A DNA stretch of 26,357 nucleotides. It comes from a virus. Lineage: Duplodnaviria; Heunggongvirae; Uroviricota; Caudoviricetes. The notes beneath the pieces were generated by a model, which ran no database searches, was not told where the DNA came from, and was given only the letters and a program-made list of their open reading frames with translations. Made by a program: the position numbers and the translations under genes. Below, piece after piece: positions 9,559-18,447 of this stretch (positions within the stretch are counted from its first letter, which is position 1; every line of letters starts with the position of its first letter). The DNA is taken from positions 1-26,357 of the IMG/VR virus record IMGVR_UViG_2541047815_000002; one strand, written 5' to 3'.

Positions 9559-9577
9559 GGCGTGGCGGGGATACGAG
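9559..9577. other. Candidate cos (cohesive-end) core
   Basis: GGCGTGGCGGGGA matches the first 13 nt of the 186/P2 19-nt cohesive end as I recall it (GGCGTGGCGGGGAAAGCAT / GGCGAGGCGGGGAAAGCAC). It sits in a short GC-rich patch inside the AT-rich island. The distal 6 nt differ from memory, so this is uncertain. Confidence 0.35.
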
Positions 9578-9679
9578 CGCGCGCTAACTCATAAATCCTA
9601 GATTATTAGTGGATTTATCTCATTGAAATGTGCACTATTCCCAGCATTGAGTTGTACCAGATGTCTTTATGGAGGGACT

Positions 9680-11446
9680 GTGGCTTTTGTAACTGATATT
9701 CGGCTTGAAGATAATGCTATTGCTGCACCTGCGACAGCACAGGTTATGGCTCAGAGGCTAGGATCTGTATTACGTAAGAGATATGAAGAATTCATCCATA
9801 AAAGAGAGTGTGCACCAGGCCAAGCAGACTATGATGTAAAAATGGCTAGCAGGGCTTTAGCTGCATTCACTATGTATCAGTTAGGATGTGTGGATGATAA
9901 GTATGCAGGGGAGTCTGTATGTGATAGTAGTGAAGATGGTGGTATAGATGGAATAGCAATCAACCATAACGAAAAAATCGTTGTTGTTGTTCAATCAAAA
10001 TTTCACCAATCGGGAAACGGCACTTGGACAAGAGCCGATTTTATGTGTTTTAAGGATGCTTGTGAGAAGCTACAAAGTGAAAGATACGAATTATTTGATT
10101 CCATATTGCAAAATAAAAGCGGGGAAATAAGTGCGGCTTTAAGTAGTTTTGAATACAAGTTCATCTTTGCGATGGCGCATACAGGTAAAAAAGGTGCTGC
10201 AGAGGAAATATTAAATGATATGCGGGAATGGCAATATCAATTAAACGCTGCAGCTTTTACACCTGAGGATGAGCCTAAAGAGAACTGGGGATTTCAGGTT
10301 CATTTAATATCCTCTGAAGATATGATGCATTGGTTACAGAATGGCTCTCGAAATCAAATTGATCTTAACAGGGTTGAAATTGAGCGTTTTGGATTTTTGA
10401 ATGAACCATATCAAGCTTTTTACGGGGCTATTAGTGGTGATCAAGTTGCAGAATGGTGGGAAGAGCATGGTGCTCGATTATTTACAAAAAACATAAGGAA
10501 TATGCTTGGTAAAACAGAAGTGAATGAGGAAATAAAAAAGACAGCTATAGATAATCCTGATATGTTTTGGTTTTATAATAATGGGATTACTGTACTGGTT
10601 AAGGAAGTTGTTCCTCATAGACGAAACGCAGCTCCTAATATAGAGAGAGGGATTTTTGATTTTCGTGATGTAAGTGTCATTAATGGTGCACAAACAGTCA
10701 GTAGTATTGGCGCATGTAAAGATGCGCTTGGTGAAAACATATATAGACTCAAAGTGCCAGCTAGATTCATTGTTATAGATGATGATACTGATAATTTAAC
10801 TGCAAATGCAATTACAAAAGCTAACAATTTCCAAAATAGAGTATTGGGAAGAGATTTTGCATCGCAGCAGGCAGATCAACATAGATTGGCAAGGGAGTTA
10901 GTGCTTGAAGGATATCAATATCAGTTACTAAGAACAGATGAAGATCATTCACAGACAAATACGAAAGTCATTGACTTGGATGAGGCGCTCAATGCACTCG
11001 CATGTTTAAGTAAAAATAATACGGTTGTATCGACACTAAAATCAAATCGCGGTAGGTTTTTTGAAAATTTTGAAGGCTCTCTATATAAAACTATTTTCAA
11101 TCCAAGATTAAGTGGTTTAAAACTTATCAATACTGTTCTACATTTTAGAGTTATAGATAAGTTGATCGGTAAAACATTACTATCAGTAGATAAAACGACC
11201 CATAGTCGCAAGCATTTAATTATTACGCATGGTAATAGATACTATGCGTCTGTACTATTGAGCAACGTTTCTGGGATACATAATAGCTCAGAAATTCTTG
11301 TTCCAGATGAAAAAAATCTTTCCGAAGAATTAAGTGCATTAATTCAACGTGCTGAAGAGTACATTGAAGATAATTACCCGAATGCCTATCCGGCAAGATT
11401 TTTTGCAAATCCAACGAAAATACAAGAGTTATACGATAATGTTTAA
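9680..11446 (+). CDS. AIPR-like (abortive infection phage resistance family) protein with putative N-terminal PD-(D/E)xK-like motif
   Basis: Long ORF in AT-rich DNA. Start is uncertain: TTG at 9623, GTG at 9680 with GGAGGG upstream, or ATG at 9746. Motifs DGGIDGI ... VVVVQSK (D...QxK, nuclease-like) and NNGIT ... INGAQT, which I associate with the AIPR family. Followed immediately by a strong terminator. Confidence 0.55.
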   Translation: MAFVTDIRLEDNAIAAPATAQVMAQRLGSVLRKRYEEFIHKRECAPGQADYDVKMASRALAAFTMYQLGCVDDKYAGESVCDSSEDGGIDGIAINHNEKIVVVVQSKFHQSGNGTWTRADFMCFKDACEKLQSERYELFDSILQNKSGEISAALSSFEYKFIFAMAHTGKKGAAEEILNDMREWQYQLNAAAFTPEDEPKENWGFQVHLISSEDMMHWLQNGSRNQIDLNRVEIERFGFLNEPYQAFYGAISGDQVAEWWEEHGARLFTKNIRNMLGKTEVNEEIKKTAIDNPDMFWFYNNGITVLVKEVVPHRRNAAPNIERGIFDFRDVSVINGAQTVSSIGACKDALGENIYRLKVPARFIVIDDDTDNLTANAITKANNFQNRVLGRDFASQQADQHRLARELVLEGYQYQLLRTDEDHSQTNTKVIDLDEALNALACLSKNNTVVSTLKSNRGRFFENFEGSLYKTIFNPRLSGLKLINTVLHFRVIDKLIGKTLLSVDKTTHSRKHLIITHGNRYYASVLLSNVSGIHNSSEILVPDEKNLSEELSALIQRAEEYIEDNYPNAYPARFFANPTKIQELYDNV

Positions 11447-11450
11447 ACTA

Positions 11451-11475
11451 AAGGGAGGTTGCCTCCCTTTTTTTT
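11451..11475. terminator. Bidirectional rho-independent terminator between AIPR-like gene and portal gene
   Basis: AAGGGAGG-loop-CCTCCCTT hairpin followed by a T8 run on the + strand, with an A-rich run on the other side serving the convergent Q gene. Confidence 0.7.
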
Positions 11476-11477
11476 AA

Positions 11478-12506
11478 TTAGAAATGGTATTCTTGGAATT
11501 CAATAACACCTTCTTCTATGAAATTGTTTATTTCTTGTAATCTTTTTTGCAATGGCAATAATTCATTACGTACAAATACTTTACTCGCCTTCTCTACATC
11601 TCCAAAGCCCCCAACATTATTAGGCATTATCCCCATCATTTGCGGCGGCACACGGTGTGCCGCCATCATGTCGTCCCGACTCACGTTCTTGATATTCAGA
11701 AACTCATCCTTCGCCGCGACTTCTGACAACGGGATAATCTGAAGCCCGTCCTTTTTGCCGTTAGGAGAGTACATAAACAGGTTGCGGAAGTTGCCTGGCC
11801 CTTTGGCGCTTTTCATTGCGTTGCGGAGGTTGTTCACATCTTCTTGGTTCTGCGCGGCATCGGTCATGTACATGATGAAACCTGCATGGCTGCCGTTGAT
11901 GTAATACTTACGGCGGAACAGTGTGGCGGACTCGTTGAGCAGGGCTGACGGGATGGCAGAAAGATAACCTGGCAGGCCGTAGATCTCCTGGTTGATGTCC
12001 GGTTCCATCAGATGAAAAATGCTGCCTTTCGTGAACTGATACGGCTGGGCTGTCATACCGTATTGCACAAACCAGTAGGTATCCAGGTCTAATCCGCGTC
12101 GGGTGTATTTTGCCAAAGCTGGCTCAAGGGCGATAACTTCACCAAAGCGGTTCGTGCGTTTCTCCAGGTAGGCGTTACCAAATACCAGATAGTCCTGCAC
12201 AAAACGCGAAAAAGCCTGCTGGCTAAGCAGCGGATGAGGGATATAGGTACTGGTCAGAATGTTGCACTTTACTGCAATCGGGGAACTGTGATGCACGGCG
12301 GCGCGGAAGGTGCGCGCCAGTCCATTAAAGCTGACGGGCGGCTCATACCAGCGATCCATCTGTACGCATTCCACATAGTCCAGCAGTTCGCGGCGGTCCA
12401 GCACGGGGATGGGATCACCAAAGCTGAAAGCCTCAGCCGTTGGGCCGTTGCTTGGTTTTGTGTCGTGATCAACTGTTACCTGCTTGGTGTTTTTACGTTT
12501 GCTCAT
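11478..12506 (-). CDS. Q: Portal protein (P2 gpQ family)
   Basis: 342 aa, the size and position of P2 Q. Last gene of the leftward P-Q late operon. Start ATG at 12504-12506 overlaps the stop of the upstream paralog. Confidence 0.9.
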   Translation of the reverse strand: MSKRKNTKQVTVDHDTKPSNGPTAEAFSFGDPIPVLDRRELLDYVECVQMDRWYEPPVSFNGLARTFRAAVHHSSPIAVKCNILTSTYIPHPLLSQQAFSRFVQDYLVFGNAYLEKRTNRFGEVIALEPALAKYTRRGLDLDTYWFVQYGMTAQPYQFTKGSIFHLMEPDINQEIYGLPGYLSAIPSALLNESATLFRRKYYINGSHAGFIMYMTDAAQNQEDVNNLRNAMKSAKGPGNFRNLFMYSPNGKKDGLQIIPLSEVAAKDEFLNIKNVSRDDMMAAHRVPPQMMGIMPNNVGGFGDVEKASKVFVRNELLPLQKRLQEINNFIEEGVIEFQEYHF

Positions 12507-13210
12507 TCTGCCAGTTCCTTGCTAGCGAGAGGCCATTCGCACATAAACAGCATTTTCCAGTCCTCTTCTGATAATTCTTTTTTCATATCGTTCAGCCAGT
12601 TATCAGTAAACAACATTGCTCCAGATGCTGCTGCGTCATCTGCGGTGAACACCATGCTGGTTACGCTGTTGTTTCTGCATAGCTTTTTATATTCCTGCCG
12701 TGCCTCTGGGTTAGGGCTGGGAGTGGTGTAGTAGGTGGCGTGGTAGTGTGCGTGCATAGAAATCCCTTTAGCGATGGCAATCATATTTCTCGGTGATTCA
12801 CTCCAGGCATACTCTGACACGTAAACATTTCCACTGAGTGCGGAGGTGAGACTGCTGAGGTCGGTAAAATAAATTACTGCACCATTCGGAAGCTCCAGAT
12901 GACTTTTGCCTGATTTTATTTTTCCAGTGTGCGTATAAGCTGCGGCCTGGCTTAAGAATGCTGATACACAGGCTTTGATTGCCTGCGCAGATGCTGTGCT
13001 GCAGCAGAGGAAAATCTGGTTACGCCCGGTATGCAGTGCATCGTTCAGGGCTTCATAGGAAAAAAAGAAATCCGCGCCTGCCTGGCGCATTTTTGTGAGT
13101 ACACGGTTTCTACTCTTTGGGCCAGTGTTCCACTCATACTGGTAAGCAAAGAAAAAGCTATCCACCGGAAGTCCCGCGATAGTCATGAGGTTAGTTGGGA
13201 TTGGGGGCAT
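12503..13210 (-). CDS. Terminase large-subunit ATPase-domain paralog (truncated, degenerate Walker motifs)
   Basis: 235-aa ORF inserted between P and Q, overlapping both by a few nt. It aligns by eye to the central ATPase core of the adjacent gpP (EALNDALHTGRNQIFL vs EALIDALLTGRNQIFL; LPNGAVIYF vs LPNGATLYF; TYYTTPS vs TYFSTPS; LFMCEWP vs LLMCEFV). It lacks the gpP N-terminal roughly 150 aa and the C-terminal nuclease domain. Walker A-like KSRQIGAT in gpP is KMRQAGAD here (13070-13093), and Walker B LYLDE is VYVSE (Ser codon 12815-12817). Confidence 0.7.
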   Translation of the reverse strand: MPPIPTNLMTIAGLPVDSFFFAYQYEWNTGPKSRNRVLTKMRQAGADFFFSYEALNDALHTGRNQIFLCCSTASAQAIKACVSAFLSQAAAYTHTGKIKSGKSHLELPNGAVIYFTDLSSLTSALSGNVYVSEYAWSESPRNMIAIAKGISMHAHYHATYYTTPSPNPEARQEYKKLCRNNSVTSMVFTADDAAASGAMLFTDNWLNDMKKELSEEDWKMLFMCEWPLASKELAE

Positions 13211-14976
13211 CAAAAAATCTCCACAATATTGCTGGTATTGGCGGATTCGCCCTGCAGCGGTTCGTTAAACAGTGCGTGCATCGTTGCCCAGGCCAGATCG
13301 GCGTGGCTGGCTTCTTCGCTGCGGCTGGCTTCATAGGTTGGGCGGTTGCCGCTCGCGGTGGTGGCGCGACGGATTGCCATGAATGACTGCGCTATGTCGG
13401 TGTGTCCGGCGTCAAACTCCAGACGGCGGTGGCTGATAATGTCGTAGGCCTTGAGTACCAGGGCGTTTTTAACATTGGGGTTATAGACAAACTCCCGGAC
13501 GGCTGGAAAAAACGCTTTCACGTTCTCGTAAACCCCGTGGCCGACACCTGTCGAGTCGATGCCGATGTAGGTCACGTTGTACTGCTCGGTCAGTTTTTTG
13601 ATGGCGTCAGCCTGGGCGCGGAAGTCCATCCCACGCCACTGGTGACGCTCAAGAATGCGGAACTTACCACCAGGCACGGCTGGCGGTGCCACCACTACGC
13701 ATCCGGCGCTGTCGCCGTTTTGCGTACCTTTTGCCGGGTCATAACCGATCCACACTTCGCGCCAGCCAAACGGGCGCAGAGCCAGTGCATGAAAGTCGGT
13801 CCAGACTTCCCAGCTGTCCACCATGCACGCCTGCAGCTCGCTGAGCGGGAACACGGACGCGAGATCGTCCACAAACTCGCACATCAGCAGGTTCTGGTAT
13901 TCGTCCGGGCTGTACTCCATGCGCAACTGGTCAAGGTCGAACAGGTTACAGCCGCCGCGCACCGCATCTTCCACGGTGACTATCTGGCGGTATTGCCCGT
14001 CTGCGCACAGCAGGCCGGGGGCCAGATTGCTGTGGGACAGGTCGATGTCCACCTTGTCGGCCTTGTTGCGCCCACGGTTGAACAGCGCACCGGACCAGAA
14101 CGGATAAGCACTGTGTGTCAGGCTGGATGGCGTGGAAAAATAGGTTTGTCGCCATTTTTTGTGAATAGCCATACCGGAAGCCACTTTGCGCAGCTCCTGG
14201 AATTTCGGTATCCAGAAATATTCATCCAGATACAGGTTGCCGTGATAACTCTGGGCCGTGCGGGCATTGGTGCCGAGGAAGTAAAGCGTGGCTCCGTTAG
14301 GAAGCACCATCGGATCGCCTTTCAGCTCCACCTCGACTTCTTTGGCGAAGTCTATGATGTACTGCTTAAAGACGTGAGCCTGTGCCTTACTGGCAGAAAG
14401 GAAAATCTGGTTACGTCCGGTAAGCAGGGCGTCAATCAGGGCTTCACGGGCAAAGTAAAAGGTCGCGCCGATCTGGCGTGACTTCAGCAGGTTGCGGATG
14501 CGGTTGGTTTTTCCGGCTTCCCACCAGTGGCGCTGGTAGTTGAACATGGAGGAATGGAAAATTTCTTCCAGCTTCTCAATCTGTTCATCGGTGAAAACAT
14601 TCTTTTCCGGCTGACGGCGCGGGCCTTTGTTGCGGTTGGCGACGTTAGGGTTTAAGTCGGCTTCGTTACCGCCATTGTTAAACTTGCCGATCCGCGCGTG
14701 GCGCTCCGACTGGCGCGCCAGCAGGTCAATTTCTTTGAAATCTTTCCCTTCTTTGTGCTCCTTCATAATGAGCTGGCAGTAGCGTGCGGCGGTGGTGAGC
14801 TGCATCTGATCCAGCGGCCCATAGTCACCCCACTTGTCGCGTTTTTTCCAGCTGTGAACGGTTGCAACTTTCTCGCCCAGCATTTCAGCAATGCGGGCTA
14901 CGCGGTATCCCTGAAAGTACAGCAGCATGGCCTGCCGACGGGGATCGAGATCTGCGGGTGTCAGTGTGGTGTTCAT
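13210..14976 (-). CDS. P: Terminase large subunit, ATPase (P2 gpP family)
   Basis: 588 aa. N-terminal HTH-like region, deviant Walker A KSRQIGAT (lambda gpA-like), Walker B LYLDE, C-terminal nuclease region. Divergent from O across the late-promoter region. Confidence 0.9.
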   Translation of the reverse strand: MNTTLTPADLDPRRQAMLLYFQGYRVARIAEMLGEKVATVHSWKKRDKWGDYGPLDQMQLTTAARYCQLIMKEHKEGKDFKEIDLLARQSERHARIGKFNNGGNEADLNPNVANRNKGPRRQPEKNVFTDEQIEKLEEIFHSSMFNYQRHWWEAGKTNRIRNLLKSRQIGATFYFAREALIDALLTGRNQIFLSASKAQAHVFKQYIIDFAKEVEVELKGDPMVLPNGATLYFLGTNARTAQSYHGNLYLDEYFWIPKFQELRKVASGMAIHKKWRQTYFSTPSSLTHSAYPFWSGALFNRGRNKADKVDIDLSHSNLAPGLLCADGQYRQIVTVEDAVRGGCNLFDLDQLRMEYSPDEYQNLLMCEFVDDLASVFPLSELQACMVDSWEVWTDFHALALRPFGWREVWIGYDPAKGTQNGDSAGCVVVAPPAVPGGKFRILERHQWRGMDFRAQADAIKKLTEQYNVTYIGIDSTGVGHGVYENVKAFFPAVREFVYNPNVKNALVLKAYDIISHRRLEFDAGHTDIAQSFMAIRRATTASGNRPTYEASRSEEASHADLAWATMHALFNEPLQGESANTSNIVEIF

Positions 14977-15022
14977 GGCACAAACCTACAGCCTTGAATG
15001 AAGGCTTTCCCCGCCTGCGGTT

Positions 15023-15040
15023 TGTGTGGTTGTCGGTACA
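15023..15040. promoter_or_regulatory. Ogr/Delta-type late-promoter activator site (TGT-N12-ACA) in the P/O divergent region
   Basis: TGTGTGGTTGTCGGTACA. The dyad centre is about 55 bp upstream of the P start codon, the same geometry as the site upstream of V. Confidence 0.5.
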
Positions 15041-15118
15041 AATACCGCGCATTGTTTCACTGCCCCCATCACCGCAACCATAAGGCTCCAGTAAGTTTTT
15101 TCTAACGGAGCACGGCTC

Positions 15119-15952
15119 ATGACAGTGAAAGCAAAGCGTTTTCGCATCGGGGTGGAAGGTGCCACCACCGACGGACGCGAAATCCAGCGTGAATGGCTGG
15201 AACAGATGGCAGCCAGCTACAACCCGGCGGTGTATACCGCGCTGATTAACCTTGAGCACATCAAGTCTTATCTGCCGGACAGCACCTTTAACCGCTACGG
15301 CAAGGTGACGGCGCTGTTTGCTGAAGAAATCACGGAAGGTCCGCTGGCAGGCAAGATGGCGCTGTATGCCGACGTTGAGCCAACGGAGTCCCTGGTGGAA
15401 CTGGTGAAAAAAGGCCAGAAATTATTCACCTCTATGGAAGTCAGCCCGAAGTTCGCTGATACGGGCAAAGCCTACCTGGTCGGCCTGGCTGCCACTGATG
15501 ACCCTGCCAGTCTGGGCACTGAAATGCTGACATTCAGCGCCAGTGCAGCCCATAACCCGCTGGCAAACCGCAAGCAGAATCCTGCCAATCTCTTTACCGC
15601 TGCAGAGGAAACGGTGATCGAACTGGAAGAAATCCAGGATGACAAACCGTCCCTGTTTGCCCGTGTCACGGCGCTGTTCACCAAAAAAGAGCAGTCCGAT
15701 GACGCCCGGTTCTCTGATGTGCATAAGGCCGTGGAGCTGGTCGCCACTGAGCAGCAGAACCTGAGCGCACGCACCGAAAAATCCCTGTCTGAGCAGGAAG
15801 AACGTCTGTCTGAGCTGGAGACTGCCCTGCAGGCACAGCAGACCGCCTTTAACGAACTGGTGAATAAGCTGAGTCATGAAGACAGCCGCCAGGACTACCG
15901 CCAGCGTGCAACAGGCGGTAACGCCCCCGCTGACACTCTGACCAATTGCTGA
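15119..15952 (+). CDS. O: Capsid scaffolding protein (P2 gpO family)
   Basis: 277 aa, first gene rightward of the P/O divergent region, with an acidic/coiled-coil C-terminal half. Matches P2 O in size and position. Confidence 0.85.
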   Translation: MTVKAKRFRIGVEGATTDGREIQREWLEQMAASYNPAVYTALINLEHIKSYLPDSTFNRYGKVTALFAEEITEGPLAGKMALYADVEPTESLVELVKKGQKLFTSMEVSPKFADTGKAYLVGLAATDDPASLGTEMLTFSASAAHNPLANRKQNPANLFTAAEETVIELEEIQDDKPSLFARVTALFTKKEQSDDARFSDVHKAVELVATEQQNLSARTEKSLSEQEERLSELETALQAQQTAFNELVNKLSHEDSRQDYRQRATGGNAPADTLTNC

Positions 15953-15968
15953 TGGAGCACAAAACCTG

Positions 15969-17027
15969 ATGAAGAAGAATACCCGCTTTGCTTTTAACGC
16001 TTACCTGCAGCAGCTGGCGCGTCTGAACGGTGTGGCAGTTGAAGAACTGTCCAGCAAGTTCACCGTGGAGCCGTCTGTGCAGCAGACGCTGGAAGACCAG
16101 ATCCAGCAATCCGCCGCTTTCCTGACGCTGATTAACGTCACGCCAGTGACCGAGCAGTCTGGTCAGCTGCTGGGGCTGGGTGTTGGCAGCACCATTGCCG
16201 GAACCACTGATACCACCGCAAAAGAGCGTGAGCCTGTCGATCCGACGCTGATGGTCGATGTGGAATACAAATGCGAGCAGACCAACTTTGACACGGTGCT
16301 GACCTACGCGAAGCTGGACCTGTGGGCGAAGTTTCAGGATTTCCAGGTGCGTATTCGTGACGCGATCGTGAAACGTCAGGCACTGGACCGCATCATGATC
16401 GGCTTTAACGGCGTGAAGCGTGCGAAAACCTCAAACCGTAGCGAAAACCCGCTGCTGCAGGATGTGAATAAAGGCTGGCTGCAGAAAATCCGTGAAGATG
16501 CACCGGATCACGTCATGGGCAGCACCACCACGGGCGGTGAAACCACACCGGGTGCGGTGAAAGTCGGGAAAGGTGGCGAATATGCCAACCTGGACGCCGT
16601 GGTGATGGATGCCGTCAATGAGCTTATCGACGTGGTCTACCAGGACGATGACGATCTGGTGGTGATTTGCGGTCGTGAACTGTTGTCTGACAAGTATTTC
16701 CCACTGGTCAACAAAGAGCAGGAAAACAGTGAAAAACTGGCTGCCGATATGATCATCAGTCAGAAACGCATGGGTGGCCTGCAGGCGGTGCGTGCGCCGT
16801 TCTTCCCGCCGAATGCGCTGCTGATCACCCGTCTGGATAACCTGTCCATCTACTGGCAGGAAGATACCCGCCGCCGTTCAGTTATCGACAACCCGAAACG
16901 TGACCGGATTGAAAATTTTGAATCCGTTAACGAAGCCTATGTGGTTGAGGACTACCGCTGCGCCGCACTGGTGGAAAACATCCAGATTGGCGATTTCAGC
17001 GCCGCTGCAGCAGAAACCGGAGCGTAA
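15969..17027 (+). CDS. N: Major capsid protein (P2 gpN family)
   Basis: 352 aa immediately after O. Size and order match P2 N. Confidence 0.9.
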   Translation: MKKNTRFAFNAYLQQLARLNGVAVEELSSKFTVEPSVQQTLEDQIQQSAAFLTLINVTPVTEQSGQLLGLGVGSTIAGTTDTTAKEREPVDPTLMVDVEYKCEQTNFDTVLTYAKLDLWAKFQDFQVRIRDAIVKRQALDRIMIGFNGVKRAKTSNRSENPLLQDVNKGWLQKIREDAPDHVMGSTTTGGETTPGAVKVGKGGEYANLDAVVMDAVNELIDVVYQDDDDLVVICGRELLSDKYFPLVNKEQENSEKLAADMIISQKRMGGLQAVRAPFFPPNALLITRLDNLSIYWQEDTRRRSVIDNPKRDRIENFESVNEAYVVEDYRCAALVENIQIGDFSAAAAETGA

Positions 17028-17030
17028 TCC

Positions 17031-17681
17031 ATGAGCCTGAGTCCCGCACGGCAGCATCGCCTGCGCGTTCAGGCTGAACAGGCCGCCCGCGAGGGCGGCA
17101 GTGTTCGCCACGCATCGGGCTATGACCTGATGCTGCTGCAACTGGCGGAAGACCGCCGCCGTCTCAAGGGCGTTCAGTCCACGGTCAAAAAAGCGGAAAT
17201 CAAGGTGGAGCTGCTGCCGAAGTACACCGCCTGGGCAGAGGGTGTCCTGGCTGCCGGAGGCGCTCAACAGGATGACGTGCTGATGTACGTGATGCTGTGG
17301 CGCATTGATGCCGGAGATTATGCCGGAGCGCTGGAGATCGGGCGTCATGCCCTGCGTCATGGCTGGGTGATGCCGCTGGGTAACCGCAACGTGCAGACCG
17401 TGCTGGCAGAGGAAATGGCAGACGCCGCGCAGAGCGCAATGCTTGCCGCCACCGGCTTTGATGCCGATCTGTTGCTGCAGACGCTGGAGCTGACAGACGG
17501 TCTGGATATGCCGGACCAGTCACGGGCGCGTCTGCATAAAGCGATTGGCGCTGTCCTGAGTGAAAGCAATCCGGCGTCCGCCCTTAATCATCTCAACCAT
17601 GCGTTACAGCTCGATCCCCGCTGTGGCGTGAAAAAAGACAAACAGCAGCTGGAGCGCAGACTGCGCAATGACAGCCGCTGA
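17031..17681 (+). CDS. M: Terminase small/endonuclease subunit (P2 gpM family)
   Basis: 216 aa after N. Conserved segments resembling P2 M (QDDVLMYVMLWRIDAGDYAGALEIGRHAL). Confidence 0.8.
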   Translation: MSLSPARQHRLRVQAEQAAREGGSVRHASGYDLMLLQLAEDRRRLKGVQSTVKKAEIKVELLPKYTAWAEGVLAAGGAQQDDVLMYVMLWRIDAGDYAGALEIGRHALRHGWVMPLGNRNVQTVLAEEMADAAQSAMLAATGFDADLLLQTLELTDGLDMPDQSRARLHKAIGAVLSESNPASALNHLNHALQLDPRCGVKKDKQQLERRLRNDSR

Positions 17682-17776
17682 CAGAACGTGCCCCCGCGCA
17701 CGGGCGGCACGGGGTGGCGAAAGGCACAGCCTCATCAAAACCCCGTCCACCGCCCTCTATTTCAGGAGAAAGCAGC

Positions 17777-18241
17777 ATGAAGTTTGTTGCGCCAGAACAG
17801 GCACCGGAACAGGCGGAAATCATCAGAAATACGCCGTTCTGGCCTGATGTGGACCTGTCGGAGTTTCGCAGTGTCATGCGCACTGACGGCACGGTGACGC
17901 AGCCGCGTTTAAAGCAGGTTGCCCTGTCGGCAATTTCGGAGGTCAACGCAGAGCTGTATGAGTTTCGCAGACGCCAGCAGATGCTGGGGTATGCCTCGCT
18001 GGCAGAGGTTCCGGCGGAACAGCTGGACGGGAAAAGTGAGCGCATTCAGCACTATTTCAACGCGGTTTACTGCTGGGCACGCGCCATGCTCAACGAACGA
18101 TACCAGGACTATGACGCCACGGCATCCGGTGTGAAGCGAGGCGAAGAACTGGCGGAAGCCAGCGGTGATTTGTGGCGTGACGCCCGCTGGGCCATCAGCC
18201 GGGTGCAGGATGCGCCGCACTGCACAGTGGAGCTTATCTGA
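17777..18241 (+). CDS. L: Head completion/stabilisation protein (P2 gpL family)
   Basis: ATG at 17777 with CAGGAGA upstream; the longer 17714 start is rejected. Position after M. Confidence 0.8.
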   Translation: MKFVAPEQAPEQAEIIRNTPFWPDVDLSEFRSVMRTDGTVTQPRLKQVALSAISEVNAELYEFRRRQQMLGYASLAEVPAEQLDGKSERIQHYFNAVYCWARAMLNERYQDYDATASGVKRGEELAEASGDLWRDARWAISRVQDAPHCTVELI

Positions 18242-18444
18242 TGAAAGTGCGTGCGTATCAGTATGACACGGTGGACGCGCTTTGCTGGCGTCATTACGGG
18301 CGCACGCAGGGTGTCACGGAGCAGGTACTGAAGGCAAATCCGGGGCTTGCCGAATACGGCCCCTTTTTACCTCACGGGCTGCAGGTGGAGCTGCCGGACA
18401 TACCGACCACCACCACCGTGCAGACCGTCCAGCTATGGGACTGA
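18241..18444 (+). CDS. X: Tail protein X (P2 gpX family)
   Basis: 67 aa, the same length and position as P2 X. Confidence 0.75.
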   Translation: MKVRAYQYDTVDALCWRHYGRTQGVTEQVLKANPGLAEYGPFLPHGLQVELPDIPTTTTVQTVQLWD

Positions 18445-18447
18445 ATT

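Noticed and set aside
9623-9679. TTG start at 9623 for the AIPR-like gene
   Set aside because: Non-ATG start with no RBS. GTG at 9680 follows GGAGGG; ATG at 9746 remains an alternative.
8305-11446. Treating the DUF2971-like and AIPR-like genes as a single two-gene operon
   Set aside because: A hairpin terminator (9489-9513) and a cos-like GC-rich element separate them, and the second gene has its own RBS. They are more likely independent cargo units, though co-function is not excluded.
13402-14481. 359-aa ORF on the + strand inside the terminase P gene
   Set aside because: Antisense shadow ORF inside a well-supported gene. It has no RBS and no recognisable motif, and its composition is typical of a GC-rich frame opposite a real gene.
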